From positions 1 through 17,384 of the forward strand of contig JASMDC010000053.1 in the NCBI GenBank assembly GCA_030753015.1: a DNA stretch of 17,384 bases. Direction: 5' to 3'. Source of the DNA: Candidatus Undinarchaeales archaeon (GTDB lineage Archaea; SpSt-1190; JASMDC01). The notes under the pieces were generated by a model, which searched no databases, had not been told where the DNA came from, and was given only the letters and a program-made list of their open reading frames with translations. Position numbers and translations under genes: made by a program. Shown here in pieces: positions 1 to 7,668 of this stretch; the stretch's first letter is position 1; each line of letters opens with the position of its first letter.

Positions 1-223
1 ACTATGCCCGGGCAGGGGCGGGAGCGTAGTGATGGGGTAGGGAGAGGGGGCAAACGTCGAGGTTATGCAACAAAGCAATTGTAGAGAGAGAAAAACCCAT
101 CAATGATTAGTTACGGGCCCCGGGTGGGGGGTCCACTGCGAGACTATGTGATTCGATCGGTGGCTGTGAGAACTAGCGAGGCGAGCTTGGCACGAGAGCG
201 TCGTCGGGGCCAAGGATGCGAGA

Positions 224-1501
224 ATGAGCACAAGACGTGCAAAACACCGAGAGATTTGTACTGGTGGCTATGAGCGAGAGCTCTGGCTGTCCTTTTATGC
301 TACCGCGTCCCGGGCCAAGCGTACCTTCAGCAGGGCATGGTGTAACTCGCTGGTCCGGTTCTCCCTCCTTACGCTGCTCGGCGCCCTTACCGGTGTGGCC
401 GCCCACCTCACCTTTGCACTGGGCGGCCCCGTGGCCTACATCCTCGAGAACACATGGGGCGTGGTCCCCATGACAGTGGGCTACCTAGTATCCCCGTTCG
501 CGGGAGCCTGTGTCGGCGCCGCAAGCGCTCTCGCCGCCGGGATTGTCGCATTCGGCTGGTTCTTCGCCGTTCCCGGGATCGTTCCGTACATACTATCCGT
601 TATCGCGGTCCCCATGGCGACCGGTGCTCTAGTGGGCGCCCTGCCGGCAATGCTCGCTCCGCGGGTCGAATCCTCCCGCCTGCTCGCCACGCTGTTCGTG
701 TGCACCCTGTCGGTCCAGTTCGCCGGTGTAGCGCCCGCGCTGGTCGAGATAGATCTCCGTTCACCCGATGCGAGCGGGCTCGCCTCGCTCCCCCTCATCA
801 TCCTTTTTTGCTTCGGGGCGTACACCCTTGTAGCGGCACCGATCTTACGCCTCGTCGTCCTTGGTGACGGACGTGCGATTGGCCCTGCGGTCGCCGTGTT
901 CGTGGTCCTGCTCGTCGTGGCGGGCCCCCGGCTCGAACGCTCGGTTCAGAGCGATCCCGTGGACCCTCGCATATCTCACCCACGGATCATGGCGCTCGCG
1001 GACCGCCTGGCATCGTCCGACCTTCCTGACGAGGACCGCATCAGTGCCACGCTGGCGTACGTGCGTGACGACATCGGCCCGTACATCCGTCCGCCGAACA
1101 AGCTGGTGCTCCATCAACAGAGCGCTCTCCAGACCCTCGAAAGAGGCCGTGGGGACTGTGTGGACAAGGCGGTCCTGCTCGTCACCCTCCTCCGGCACGA
1201 GGGTTTCGTCGCCGAGCTCGATGAACAACCCGATCACGTCCGCGTGATGCTCTTTCGCGAGGACGGCGACCGGATCCTCGATCCGTCCCATGAAGAGCTC
1301 CTATGGTCCGATAATGATCACCTGGAGAGGCCCATAAGCACCCTGTTAATGCGTATAATTTACGGGATTGATCCCCGTTCAGTGATCCTGAGTGCGCTCG
1401 CCCTCTCACAGCTTATCGTCCTCTACGTCGTCTGGGCATATCCGGCGGTGGCACGCGACCTGATGATGGAGGCGTCCCTGCCCCGGTATAACGTCATGTA
1501 G
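224..1501 (+). CDS. Multi-pass membrane protein with transglutaminase-like (Cys-His-Asp) domain, paralogue 1 of 3; has an extra C-terminal TM helix
   Basis: About 7 hydrophobic helices, then 'QSALQTLERGRGDCVDKAVLLVTLLR...PDHV...ILDPS' (GDC, H and D motifs of the transglutaminase-like core; Cys codon at 1157). A further hydrophobic segment follows (VILSALALSQLIVLYVVW). Start codon is uncertain. Confidence 0.85.
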   Translation: MSTRRAKHREICTGGYERELWLSFYATASRAKRTFSRAWCNSLVRFSLLTLLGALTGVAAHLTFALGGPVAYILENTWGVVPMTVGYLVSPFAGACVGAASALAAGIVAFGWFFAVPGIVPYILSVIAVPMATGALVGALPAMLAPRVESSRLLATLFVCTLSVQFAGVAPALVEIDLRSPDASGLASLPLIILFCFGAYTLVAAPILRLVVLGDGRAIGPAVAVFVVLLVVAGPRLERSVQSDPVDPRISHPRIMALADRLASSDLPDEDRISATLAYVRDDIGPYIRPPNKLVLHQQSALQTLERGRGDCVDKAVLLVTLLRHEGFVAELDEQPDHVRVMLFREDGDRILDPSHEELLWSDNDHLERPISTLLMRIIYGIDPRSVILSALALSQLIVLYVVWAYPAVARDLMMEASLPRYNVM

Positions 1502-1520
1502 GTCCGCGTCAATGCCCGTC

Positions 1521-1532
1521 AAAACCTTTATA
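1521..1532 (+). promoter_or_regulatory. Archaeal BRE/TATA promoter of paralogue 2
   Basis: AAAACC-TTTATA in GC-rich context; TTTATA begins at 1527, 30 nt before an in-frame GTG at 1557. Confidence 0.65.
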
Positions 1533-1556
1533 GACCTTCGGCGGGAGCACCGGGGC

Positions 1557-2663
1557 GTGGCCGAGGACAACAACGGCGAGGACCTCTCCGAGGAGGACTC
1601 CCGAACGGACACGGCGCCCGCGATCCTTGAGCGCTTGGAGGGAACGCGTGTCGGGGACTGGCTCCTCGCTTCCTGGGAGAATCCACGGGACCGGTGGCTG
1701 TTGCTAACGAGCCTTGGGCTCGTCTACGGAATCGTCGGTTATCTCCTTATCATGGGCGACTTCAACGTGTCCACCTTCCTCGTGTACGCCCTGGACGTAG
1801 TGCCCATCGTCGTCGGCTACAGGGTCTCGCCCGCCGCTGGCGCCTGGGTCGGAGTAATTGGTTCGCTCGCTACGGGCATCATTCTGCTCCTGAACCTTTG
1901 GGGATTCCGAGGTTTCCAATACTATCTCATCCCCGTGATCCTGGTGGCCATGATGGCCGGCGCTTTTCTGGGAGCCCTTCCCGCACGTCTTGCACCGGAG
2001 ATGGACCGCCGCCGCCTGCTCCTCGTGCTCCTTGGATGCGCCGGCGTTGTCGGCTTCACCGACGTCACTCCCGTGATCGCGGCCTGGATAATGGGCCGCG
2101 CCCATATAGTCAACCTCTGGATCTGGCCCGTGATGACGATAATGTGCTTCACAATATACGTTCTCGTCGTGGTGCCCCTTGTCAGAGTGTTTGTTCGTGG
2201 CGAAAGGAACGGATTGAGACTGGCACTGGTCTCGATCATCGCCATTATTCTCGTTGGTCTCATCCCATATGATACGCCCTCGACGGTGATGCCTGAACGG
2301 TTCGAGCCCTACATCAAATCCGACCATTCCGCGGTGATCCGGCTATCCAGCGAGATCGCACGACCGTCACTGACCGATCAGGAGCGCATCAACACCACCT
2401 ACCGGTTCGTACGCGACAACATTACCTACATAGACGATCCGCCCATTATAGGGGATTACCTCCAGCCGCCCGAGGAGACGATAGAGCGCGGTTACGGCGA
2501 CTGCGAGGACGTGTCCATCCTCTTGGTCTCCCTCCTTCGGAACCAAGGCTTCAATGCCTCGGTGGACGTCATCCCTGGCCACGCCCGTGTGGAGTTGGCG
2601 TGGAACGGCTCCATCCACCTGCTCGATGCGACGAGCATCGATGAGTTCCAGGTCGGCGGCTAG
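1557..2663 (+). CDS. Multi-pass membrane protein with transglutaminase-like domain, paralogue 2 of 3
   Basis: 'QPPEETIERGYGDCEDVSILLVSLLR...PGHA...LLDAT' (Cys codon at 2502) and 7 hydrophobic helices. Start moved from ATG 1512 to GTG 1557 because the TATA box lies inside the 1512 extension. Confidence 0.85.
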   Translation: MAEDNNGEDLSEEDSRTDTAPAILERLEGTRVGDWLLASWENPRDRWLLLTSLGLVYGIVGYLLIMGDFNVSTFLVYALDVVPIVVGYRVSPAAGAWVGVIGSLATGIILLLNLWGFRGFQYYLIPVILVAMMAGAFLGALPARLAPEMDRRRLLLVLLGCAGVVGFTDVTPVIAAWIMGRAHIVNLWIWPVMTIMCFTIYVLVVVPLVRVFVRGERNGLRLALVSIIAIILVGLIPYDTPSTVMPERFEPYIKSDHSAVIRLSSEIARPSLTDQERINTTYRFVRDNITYIDDPPIIGDYLQPPEETIERGYGDCEDVSILLVSLLRNQGFNASVDVIPGHARVELAWNGSIHLLDATSIDEFQVGG

Positions 2664-2741
2664 GGCCAGGCTCACCTGCCGAGCCAAGAGAGGGGCTCCG
2701 GACCAAATGTAGGATTTGTACGTGGTCAGAACCCATCCGTC

Positions 2742-2753
2742 AAAAGCTATTTA
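2742..2753 (+). promoter_or_regulatory. Archaeal BRE/TATA promoter of paralogue 3
   Basis: AAAAGC-TATTTA; TATTTA begins at 2748, 30 nt before GTG 2778. It shares the CCGTCAAAA context with the paralogue 2 promoter. Confidence 0.6.
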
Positions 2754-2777
2754 GCCAATGGGAAACCCTCACGTCCC

Positions 2778-3851
2778 GTGGAGGACGGAGCGCGTGAAAC
2801 TGCTGGTGCGTCGGAGGAACGGCGCACGTCCTCTGGCGCTCTCTCCATCGGAAAGATGCTGGACCACCCACCTACACGCATACTGTTCCTCAGCTTGCTG
2901 GGTGTGGTGTACGGCTACACATCCTTCCTCACCCTCACCTGGAGTTCGTCAATCGCATCGCTCCTGGTCTACGTCTGGGACGTCGTGCCCGTGGTGGCAG
3001 GATACAGATTCTCCCCCGCGAGCGGTGCATTGGTGGGGATCATGGGCTCCTTCACCACCTGGTGGGCCATGTTCCATGAACCTGTCTGGTTCCAGCTGGC
3101 GATCCCCAACGTAATCCCGATCCTCGCCGTTACACTTGTCACCGGGGCGATGCTGGGAGCGCTCCCTTCGAGCTTTGCCCCCGGGCTCGAGCGGCGCCGC
3201 CTGTTCGTTGCTCTGCTCGCCTGCGCGGTGGCGGTGGGGTTCGCCGACGTAGCCCCCATAGCATTGAGCTGGGCCGTGGGCCGCACCCGCTTCATCTACC
3301 TGTGGCTATGGCCTGTAATGACTATGGTGTCCTTCAGCGTGTATGCCCTCGCTGTGATGCCTCTCACACGTTACCTCGTCCGCGGTGAGCCTCCGGGCCG
3401 GTTGCGATTGGTTCTTCTGGTGCTCGCGGCGGTCCTGGTAGGCCTCGTCCCCTTCGAGCCGGACCTCGGGCTGGACACCGATGACTTCACCGAGTACATA
3501 CGTCCTGACCATCCCGATGTGGTCGCGCTCGCCCGTCGGCTCGGCGACCCTTCCCTTCCCGATGAGGGGCGCATCAACGCCACCTTCTGTTTCGTACGCG
3601 ACAACATCACCTATCGGAGCGATCCGTTCATAGTGTACTACGACTACTTCCAACCACCCGAGGAGACCCTTGAGCGGGGGTATGGCGATTGTGACGACAG
3701 GGCGATCCTCCTCGTATCCCTCCTGAGGGCCGAGGGGTTCGAAGCAGAGGTGGACCTAATCCCAAACCACGCCCGGGCCAACCTTACATGGAACGGTTCT
3801 GTCCGTGTACTGGACCCGAGCAGTGACATCCAATTCATGTGCCCGCATTAA
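2778..3851 (+). CDS. Multi-pass membrane protein with transglutaminase-like domain, paralogue 3 of 3
   Basis: 'QPPEETLERGYGDCDDRAILLVSLLR...PNHA...VLDPS' (Cys codon at 3690). Colinear with paralogue 2 over its full length. Confidence 0.87.
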   Translation: MEDGARETAGASEERRTSSGALSIGKMLDHPPTRILFLSLLGVVYGYTSFLTLTWSSSIASLLVYVWDVVPVVAGYRFSPASGALVGIMGSFTTWWAMFHEPVWFQLAIPNVIPILAVTLVTGAMLGALPSSFAPGLERRRLFVALLACAVAVGFADVAPIALSWAVGRTRFIYLWLWPVMTMVSFSVYALAVMPLTRYLVRGEPPGRLRLVLLVLAAVLVGLVPFEPDLGLDTDDFTEYIRPDHPDVVALARRLGDPSLPDEGRINATFCFVRDNITYRSDPFIVYYDYFQPPEETLERGYGDCDDRAILLVSLLRAEGFEAEVDLIPNHARANLTWNGSVRVLDPSSDIQFMCPH

Positions 3852-4333
3852 GGACTTTCGGGACGTCCTCTCTTGGTCTCCGGGCCCCCGTCATGTTTTC
3901 CGAGGGCAAGGAACGGACCGGGGTCACCAGGGCTGATCACCAGCGTCCGTGGCCATCCCTCTCGCCGACGGACCACGATGCGGCCTGCGAGGCGTGTGGA
4001 CAGGTAGAGCGTGCCGTGGCGATAGGCGCGCACGTAGGAGGGCAGGTCGCCGAGGCCCTTCTCCACCGAATCTATGTCGTCGGCGGGCACTCGCAGACGC
4101 AGGGGGCCGTACCACACCACCAGGTCCCCCGCTTCGTCGATGACATAGCGGACGAAGATGGTTGAGAGGAAGAGGACGATGATGGGGACCCACAGGAGAA
4201 ATATGAGGGGTGTGAACAGGGGCGGGAGGAACGTCCGGGCCTGCCACAGGAAGGTCGTGATGTAGGTGCAGGCCAGCACATAGGCCACCGAGGCGGTGAC
4301 GAACCGCCGGTCGATGGGGGGGCTATCGATCAC
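3848..4333 (-). CDS. Membrane protein with bacterial-type PH domain (bPH-like)
   Basis: Two TM helices, then 'YVIDEAGDLVVWYGPLRLRVPADDIDSVE...LVISPGDPGPF', the Y-x-I..L-x-x-x-x-G-P..I-x-x-V and ISP..F pattern of bPH proteins. GTG at 4333 overlaps the trmJ stop codon, suggesting translational coupling. Confidence 0.7.
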   Translation of the reverse strand: MIDSPPIDRRFVTASVAYVLACTYITTFLWQARTFLPPLFTPLIFLLWVPIIVLFLSTIFVRYVIDEAGDLVVWYGPLRLRVPADDIDSVEKGLGDLPSYVRAYRHGTLYLSTRLAGRIVVRRREGWPRTLVISPGDPGPFLALGKHDGGPETKRGRPESP

Positions 4334-5042
4334 CGTCAGTGTCCCGGCCCCCTGTCCGGTCAACGAGCACCCGGAAGAATCCGGCGAGCCCGAACGCCTC
4401 CTGACGCGTGAGGAACGATTTTGCCAGCACCCTGCGGAGCACGAGCCCAATCTTGTGGGCGCGCTGCTCCGAGAACGCCAGCTCGTCCATGAGCGTGTCC
4501 GCGCTCCGGAGGATGACCTCTTTCTCGACGGCACCGGCGAGCTCAAAGGATTCGGCATCGAGCTGACGTCCGACCCAGACCTCGTAGAGGATGACCGCCG
4601 CGGCCTGGGAGATGTTGAGAGTGCCGTACTCGGGGCTTGCCGGGATGGTGACCACCAGCTCGCACCGCTCCAGCTCATCGGTGTGGAGCCCCTCCCCCTC
4701 CCGACCGAGCACGAGGGCCGCCCTCCCCTTGGCGCCCGCGAGCCGCTCGCCGAGCTGACGCGGACCTATGTGTGAGCGCAGGACTTTCCGCTCCGACGCA
4801 CGGATTGCCGTGGAGCCCACGACCAGTTCGCACCCCGATATAGCCTCGTCCCACGTCGCCACCCTACGGGACGCGTCCAGGACGTCGACCGCGTGCTTGG
4901 CCCGCCGCCGTGCCTCGTCATCGAGCTCGCACTGAGGATCGAGGAGCACGAGGTCCGATACCCCGAAGTTCTTCATAAGGCGGCAGACGGCGCCGACGTT
5001 GCCCGCGGTCTGGGGCTGGACGAGCACGACTGTAAATGACAT
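4323..5042 (-). CDS. trmJ: tRNA (cytidine/uridine-32 2'-O)-methyltransferase, TrmJ/TrmH SPOUT family
   Basis: Motifs VVLVQPQTAGNVGAVCRLMKNFG, ALVLGREGEGL and IPASPEYGTLNISQAAAVILYE. Confidence 0.92.
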   Translation of the reverse strand: MSFTVVLVQPQTAGNVGAVCRLMKNFGVSDLVLLDPQCELDDEARRRAKHAVDVLDASRRVATWDEAISGCELVVGSTAIRASERKVLRSHIGPRQLGERLAGAKGRAALVLGREGEGLHTDELERCELVVTIPASPEYGTLNISQAAAVILYEVWVGRQLDAESFELAGAVEKEVILRSADTLMDELAFSEQRAHKIGLVLRRVLAKSFLTRQEAFGLAGFFRVLVDRTGGRDTDGDR

Positions 5043-5057
5043 GGGGAACCCGTGAGA

Positions 5058-5606
5058 TCAGGGTTCCTTGAACCTGCTGTACACGTCCGCCAGGAAGCTC
5101 TCCCGCTCGAGGAACGGCCCGACAAGGTCCTCCACGCGCATTTTCTTCATACATCTGGAGATGAGGTTGCGGGAAACCTGTCGCTCGGGCGTGAGATCGT
5201 ACCGGGAGATTATGTCAAGCTCCTCGCCAACGCTCTTGGAAAAACCCTTGAAGTCCTCACCAGGGGTCTTGCTCCGGGCCCACACGCCCAGGAGTTCGAG
5301 CGCCTCGGTGATGGTCAGGTGCTCATCGCCCACCAAGATACCACGGTCGGCGATCCACACCTTGGTGACCCGCTCAAGGGCCTCCTCCTGCATCATTACC
5401 TGGATGATGAAGAAGTCCTTGTTGCGCTCACCGAGGGGTGTGAAGATGTCCAGGATCTCCTTCTGGGCAGCCACGGGCAGGATGTAGGAGTTCGAGGCGA
5501 GCCGTAGGAAGGGGAACCTGCGCTTGCTATCGAAGTCCTCCATCACCTCGGACACTCGGGAGAGGAGCTTCTGACCGAACACGAGGAGGATGACGTTCTC
5601 GTCCAT
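5058..5606 (-). CDS. Hypothetical soluble protein (182 aa), first gene of the putative trmJ operon
   Basis: Protein-like composition from MDENVILLVFG onward. ATG 5606 lies 30 nt after a minus-strand TTTATA, and the stop is 15 nt from the trmJ start. Confidence 0.75.
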   Translation of the reverse strand: MDENVILLVFGQKLLSRVSEVMEDFDSKRRFPFLRLASNSYILPVAAQKEILDIFTPLGERNKDFFIIQVMMQEEALERVTKVWIADRGILVGDEHLTITEALELLGVWARSKTPGEDFKGFSKSVGEELDIISRYDLTPERQVSRNLISRCMKKMRVEDLVGPFLERESFLADVYSRFKEP

Positions 5607-5630
5607 GGGGGAGAAGGGGGGATGAACCAA

Positions 5631-5636
5631 TATAAA
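5631..5636 (-). promoter_or_regulatory. TATA box for the hypothetical-trmJ-bPH operon
   Basis: TTTATA on the minus strand immediately after the DUF371 stop codon, 30 nt before ATG 5606. Confidence 0.6.
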
Positions 5637-5637
5637 G

Positions 5638-6069
5638 CTACGGGTGGCCTGTCGGGGCGCACTCGAGCACGATGCGGACGGGACCGCCCGCGCGGAGCCG
5701 GTCCACCAGTTCGCGGGAGAGGTCCTTTGCCGCCTTGTCCGCATCGATTGCCAGCGTCCTTCCGCAGACGTACCCGCTGCGGCGCACGACCATGTCGGAC
5801 GGGTCCTCGAATGTGAGGCCGGGGGCGCCCGTGGCCTCGACGACATCAAAGACGCCGTCCGCCTCGATGGTGATGCGCAGTCGCCTGCCTGCCCGCAGCG
5901 CGTCCTTCAGGTCGTCGTCCAGTCCGGGGAGCGAGCGGTCCATCGCCACGGCCACGAAGCAGTCGCCACGGGAGGTCACGGCCTCCTCCGTGGTGAACGC
6001 GAGGGTGTTGTAATGGGTGGAGAGGATGTTGGGATGCCCCTTTCCCTGCAGCACCTGACGGACCGTCAC
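5638..6069 (-). CDS. DUF371 family protein (archaeal)
   Basis: Signature GHPNI..TH..T..FT.E..VT.RGDC, then MVVRRSGYVCGRTLAI.ADKAA.DL.RELV..L. Confidence 0.88.
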   Translation of the reverse strand: MTVRQVLQGKGHPNILSTHYNTLAFTTEEAVTSRGDCFVAVAMDRSLPGLDDDLKDALRAGRRLRITIEADGVFDVVEATGAPGLTFEDPSDMVVRRSGYVCGRTLAIDADKAAKDLSRELVDRLRAGGPVRIVLECAPTGHP

Positions 6070-6091
6070 GGACCGGCGGGTCCGCCAAACC

Positions 6092-6098
6092 TTTTTAT
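6092..6098. promoter_or_regulatory. TATA-like element centred between the divergent DUF371 and AIM24 genes
   Basis: TTTTTAT preceded by AAACC; 31 nt to ATG 6123 and about 30 nt to GTG 6069. Confidence 0.55.
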
Positions 6099-6122
6099 GT
6101 CCTTGTGGGCACGCCCAAATCG

Positions 6123-6809
6123 ATGAAGGTACATATCGAGGGGAAGCTGGCGCCCATGGCCCAGATCGACCTCGATACCGGCGAGCGCATCTACGCCCAG
6201 GCCGGCAGCCTGATGTTCAAGACCGGGTCCGTCGATATGGAGCCCACGGGCCGGGGCGAGGGTGCCAGCGGTATCTTCAAGCGCCTGATCACCTCAGAGA
6301 CCGTGCTCTTCCTCGAGTTCAAGGGTCCGGGGACCGTGGGGCTGTCCCCCTTCTTCCCCGGCGAGATCAAGGAGGTCGTGCTCAGTGAGGGCGAGTCAAT
6401 CCACGTCAACCGGGGCGCGTTCCTCTTCGCCGAGCGCTCGGTGCGGTACGACGTCGACTGGGTGAGCCGCGGGTGGTGGCAGCGCGCCAAGATGGGCCTA
6501 CTGGGCGGCGAAGGGTTCTTCTTCCAGAAGCTCACCGGGCCGGGCCGCGCCTACCTCTACGTGTGCGGCGACATCGTGGAGACCGAGCTCGCCGCGGGCC
6601 AGACCGTCCAGGTGGAGCAGGGCGCTCTGGTGTACAAGGACGTGGAGGTGGGGTACGAGCTCGAGCGCGTAAAGGGACTGGGGCGCATCATATTCTCCGG
6701 TGCGGGCCTGTTCCTCGTCACGCTTACCGGTCCCGGGAAGGTGGCCCTACAGACCATGGACCTCAACCAGTTCGTCGGCCGCATCGTCGCACCCATCATG
6801 CGCTCGTAG
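6123..6809 (+). CDS. TIGR00266 / AIM24 family protein
   Basis: Three repeats of the L..GE.I....GA/GS pattern, plus GGEGFFFQKLTGPG and GLFLVTLTGPGKVALQT. ATG 6123 was chosen by TATA spacing. Confidence 0.9.
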   Translation: MKVHIEGKLAPMAQIDLDTGERIYAQAGSLMFKTGSVDMEPTGRGEGASGIFKRLITSETVLFLEFKGPGTVGLSPFFPGEIKEVVLSEGESIHVNRGAFLFAERSVRYDVDWVSRGWWQRAKMGLLGGEGFFFQKLTGPGRAYLYVCGDIVETELAAGQTVQVEQGALVYKDVEVGYELERVKGLGRIIFSGAGLFLVTLTGPGKVALQTMDLNQFVGRIVAPIMRS

Positions 6810-6863
6810 GGTTCGCTGCGAAAGGCTTTTCAATCATCACCTCACAGAGATTGACGAGCGCCC

Positions 6864-7058
6864 ATGACCGACCAGACCACCCAGCCCCTTCCCGAAACGA
6901 AGGGCGGGGGGATGAGCCTCCTCGACCTCATCGTCATCCTCATCGAGGTGGCGGGAGTCGCGGGGGTCGTGTACATCGCGATGTGGCTCATGGGCGACTG
7001 CTACTCCTACACCCTCGCGGGGTACAAGCTGAGCTGCTGCCCCATCTCGTGCGGGTGA
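6864..7058 (+). CDS. Small single-TM protein with Cys-rich C-terminus
   Basis: One long hydrophobic helix and the tail DCYSYTLAGYKLSCCPISCG. GC-rich third codon positions as in neighbouring genes; fills an intergenic gap. Alternative ATG at 6912. Confidence 0.65.
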   Translation: MTDQTTQPLPETKGGGMSLLDLIVILIEVAGVAGVVYIAMWLMGDCYSYTLAGYKLSCCPISCG

Positions 7059-7099
7059 AACCGCGCTGTATGTGTGGGCCCTGATCCTCTTTTCGAAAC

Positions 7100-7130
7100 A
7101 TTTATTACTGCGCAGTGACTAATAATAAAT
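7100..7130. promoter_or_regulatory. AT-rich inverted repeat upstream of the pilin-like gene (possible promoter/operator)
   Basis: ATTTATTA (7100-7107) and TAATAAAT (7123-7130) are reverse complements; a perfect palindrome ACTGCGCAGT lies at 7107-7116. Confidence 0.4.
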
Positions 7131-7191
7131 AGAAGAAAAACCGCGACGAGGAGTTGAGGGGTGGGCCCCCCGCCGCCATGGGGTGCCTACT

Positions 7192-7665
7192 ATGAACCAG
7201 AAAGGAACGATAAACCTGTCTGCCGAGGCCCTCGTCGCCATCGTTCTCGCGGTGGCCGCCCTGTCTTTCGGCATATACGCCATCGAGCGTGCGAAGCCCG
7301 GTGTGAAGCATACCAGGATTACTGGAATAAGTCGTTTTCAGGAGCTCGATCCGATAACGATGCTCAAGTGCGCGGACTGGCATGACGACGAGTATCCGGT
7401 CGACGTGGAAGCGCTGGAGATCTTGTACAAGTTCCCCACGCTCTTTGAGGGATCCAATGTCAAGGGATGTGAAAAGATTCCCGCGAAGATTCTCGCCGCG
7501 AAGGGAGAAGGTCGACTCATGCTCGGGATGTCGGACAGCGACGTCCTTGATTGCATGCGGTTCTGTGCGGACGTAGCCAAGGTTCGGGATGCATGTGCTT
7601 CTGAGCGAGATTCGCAGCTATGCCGGGCTGAATCGTTCGCACGGATGCAGAACCGCCCTGCGTAG
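7192..7665 (+). CDS. Class III signal-peptide (archaeal type IV pilin-like) protein with six Cys
   Basis: N-terminus MNQKG/TINLSAEALVAIVLAVAALSFG shows a KG cleavage-type motif, a Glu and a hydrophobic helix. An SD-like GGGGTG lies upstream. Confidence 0.65.
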   Translation: MNQKGTINLSAEALVAIVLAVAALSFGIYAIERAKPGVKHTRITGISRFQELDPITMLKCADWHDDEYPVDVEALEILYKFPTLFEGSNVKGCEKIPAKILAAKGEGRLMLGMSDSDVLDCMRFCADVAKVRDACASERDSQLCRAESFARMQNRPA

Positions 7666-7668
7666 GCG

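Noticed and set aside
115-137. GGGCCCC-GGTGGGG-like motif similar to 11736-11749 and about 7158-7171 (possible REP-like repeat)
   Set aside because: Short, low-complexity G/C runs are likely to match by chance in this composition.
2299-2311. GGTTCGAGCCC, resembling a tRNA T-arm (similar strings near 663 and 3735)
   Set aside because: Inside coding sequence, with no acceptor stem, D arm or anticodon arm.
4334-4678. Ser/Arg-rich N-terminal extension of ORF 3848..4678
   Set aside because: Alternate frame of trmJ; protein-like sequence starts only at about GTG 4333.
5607-5849. N-terminal extension of ORF 5058..5849
   Set aside because: Out-of-frame overlap with DUF371, and it spans the TATA box at 5631-5636.
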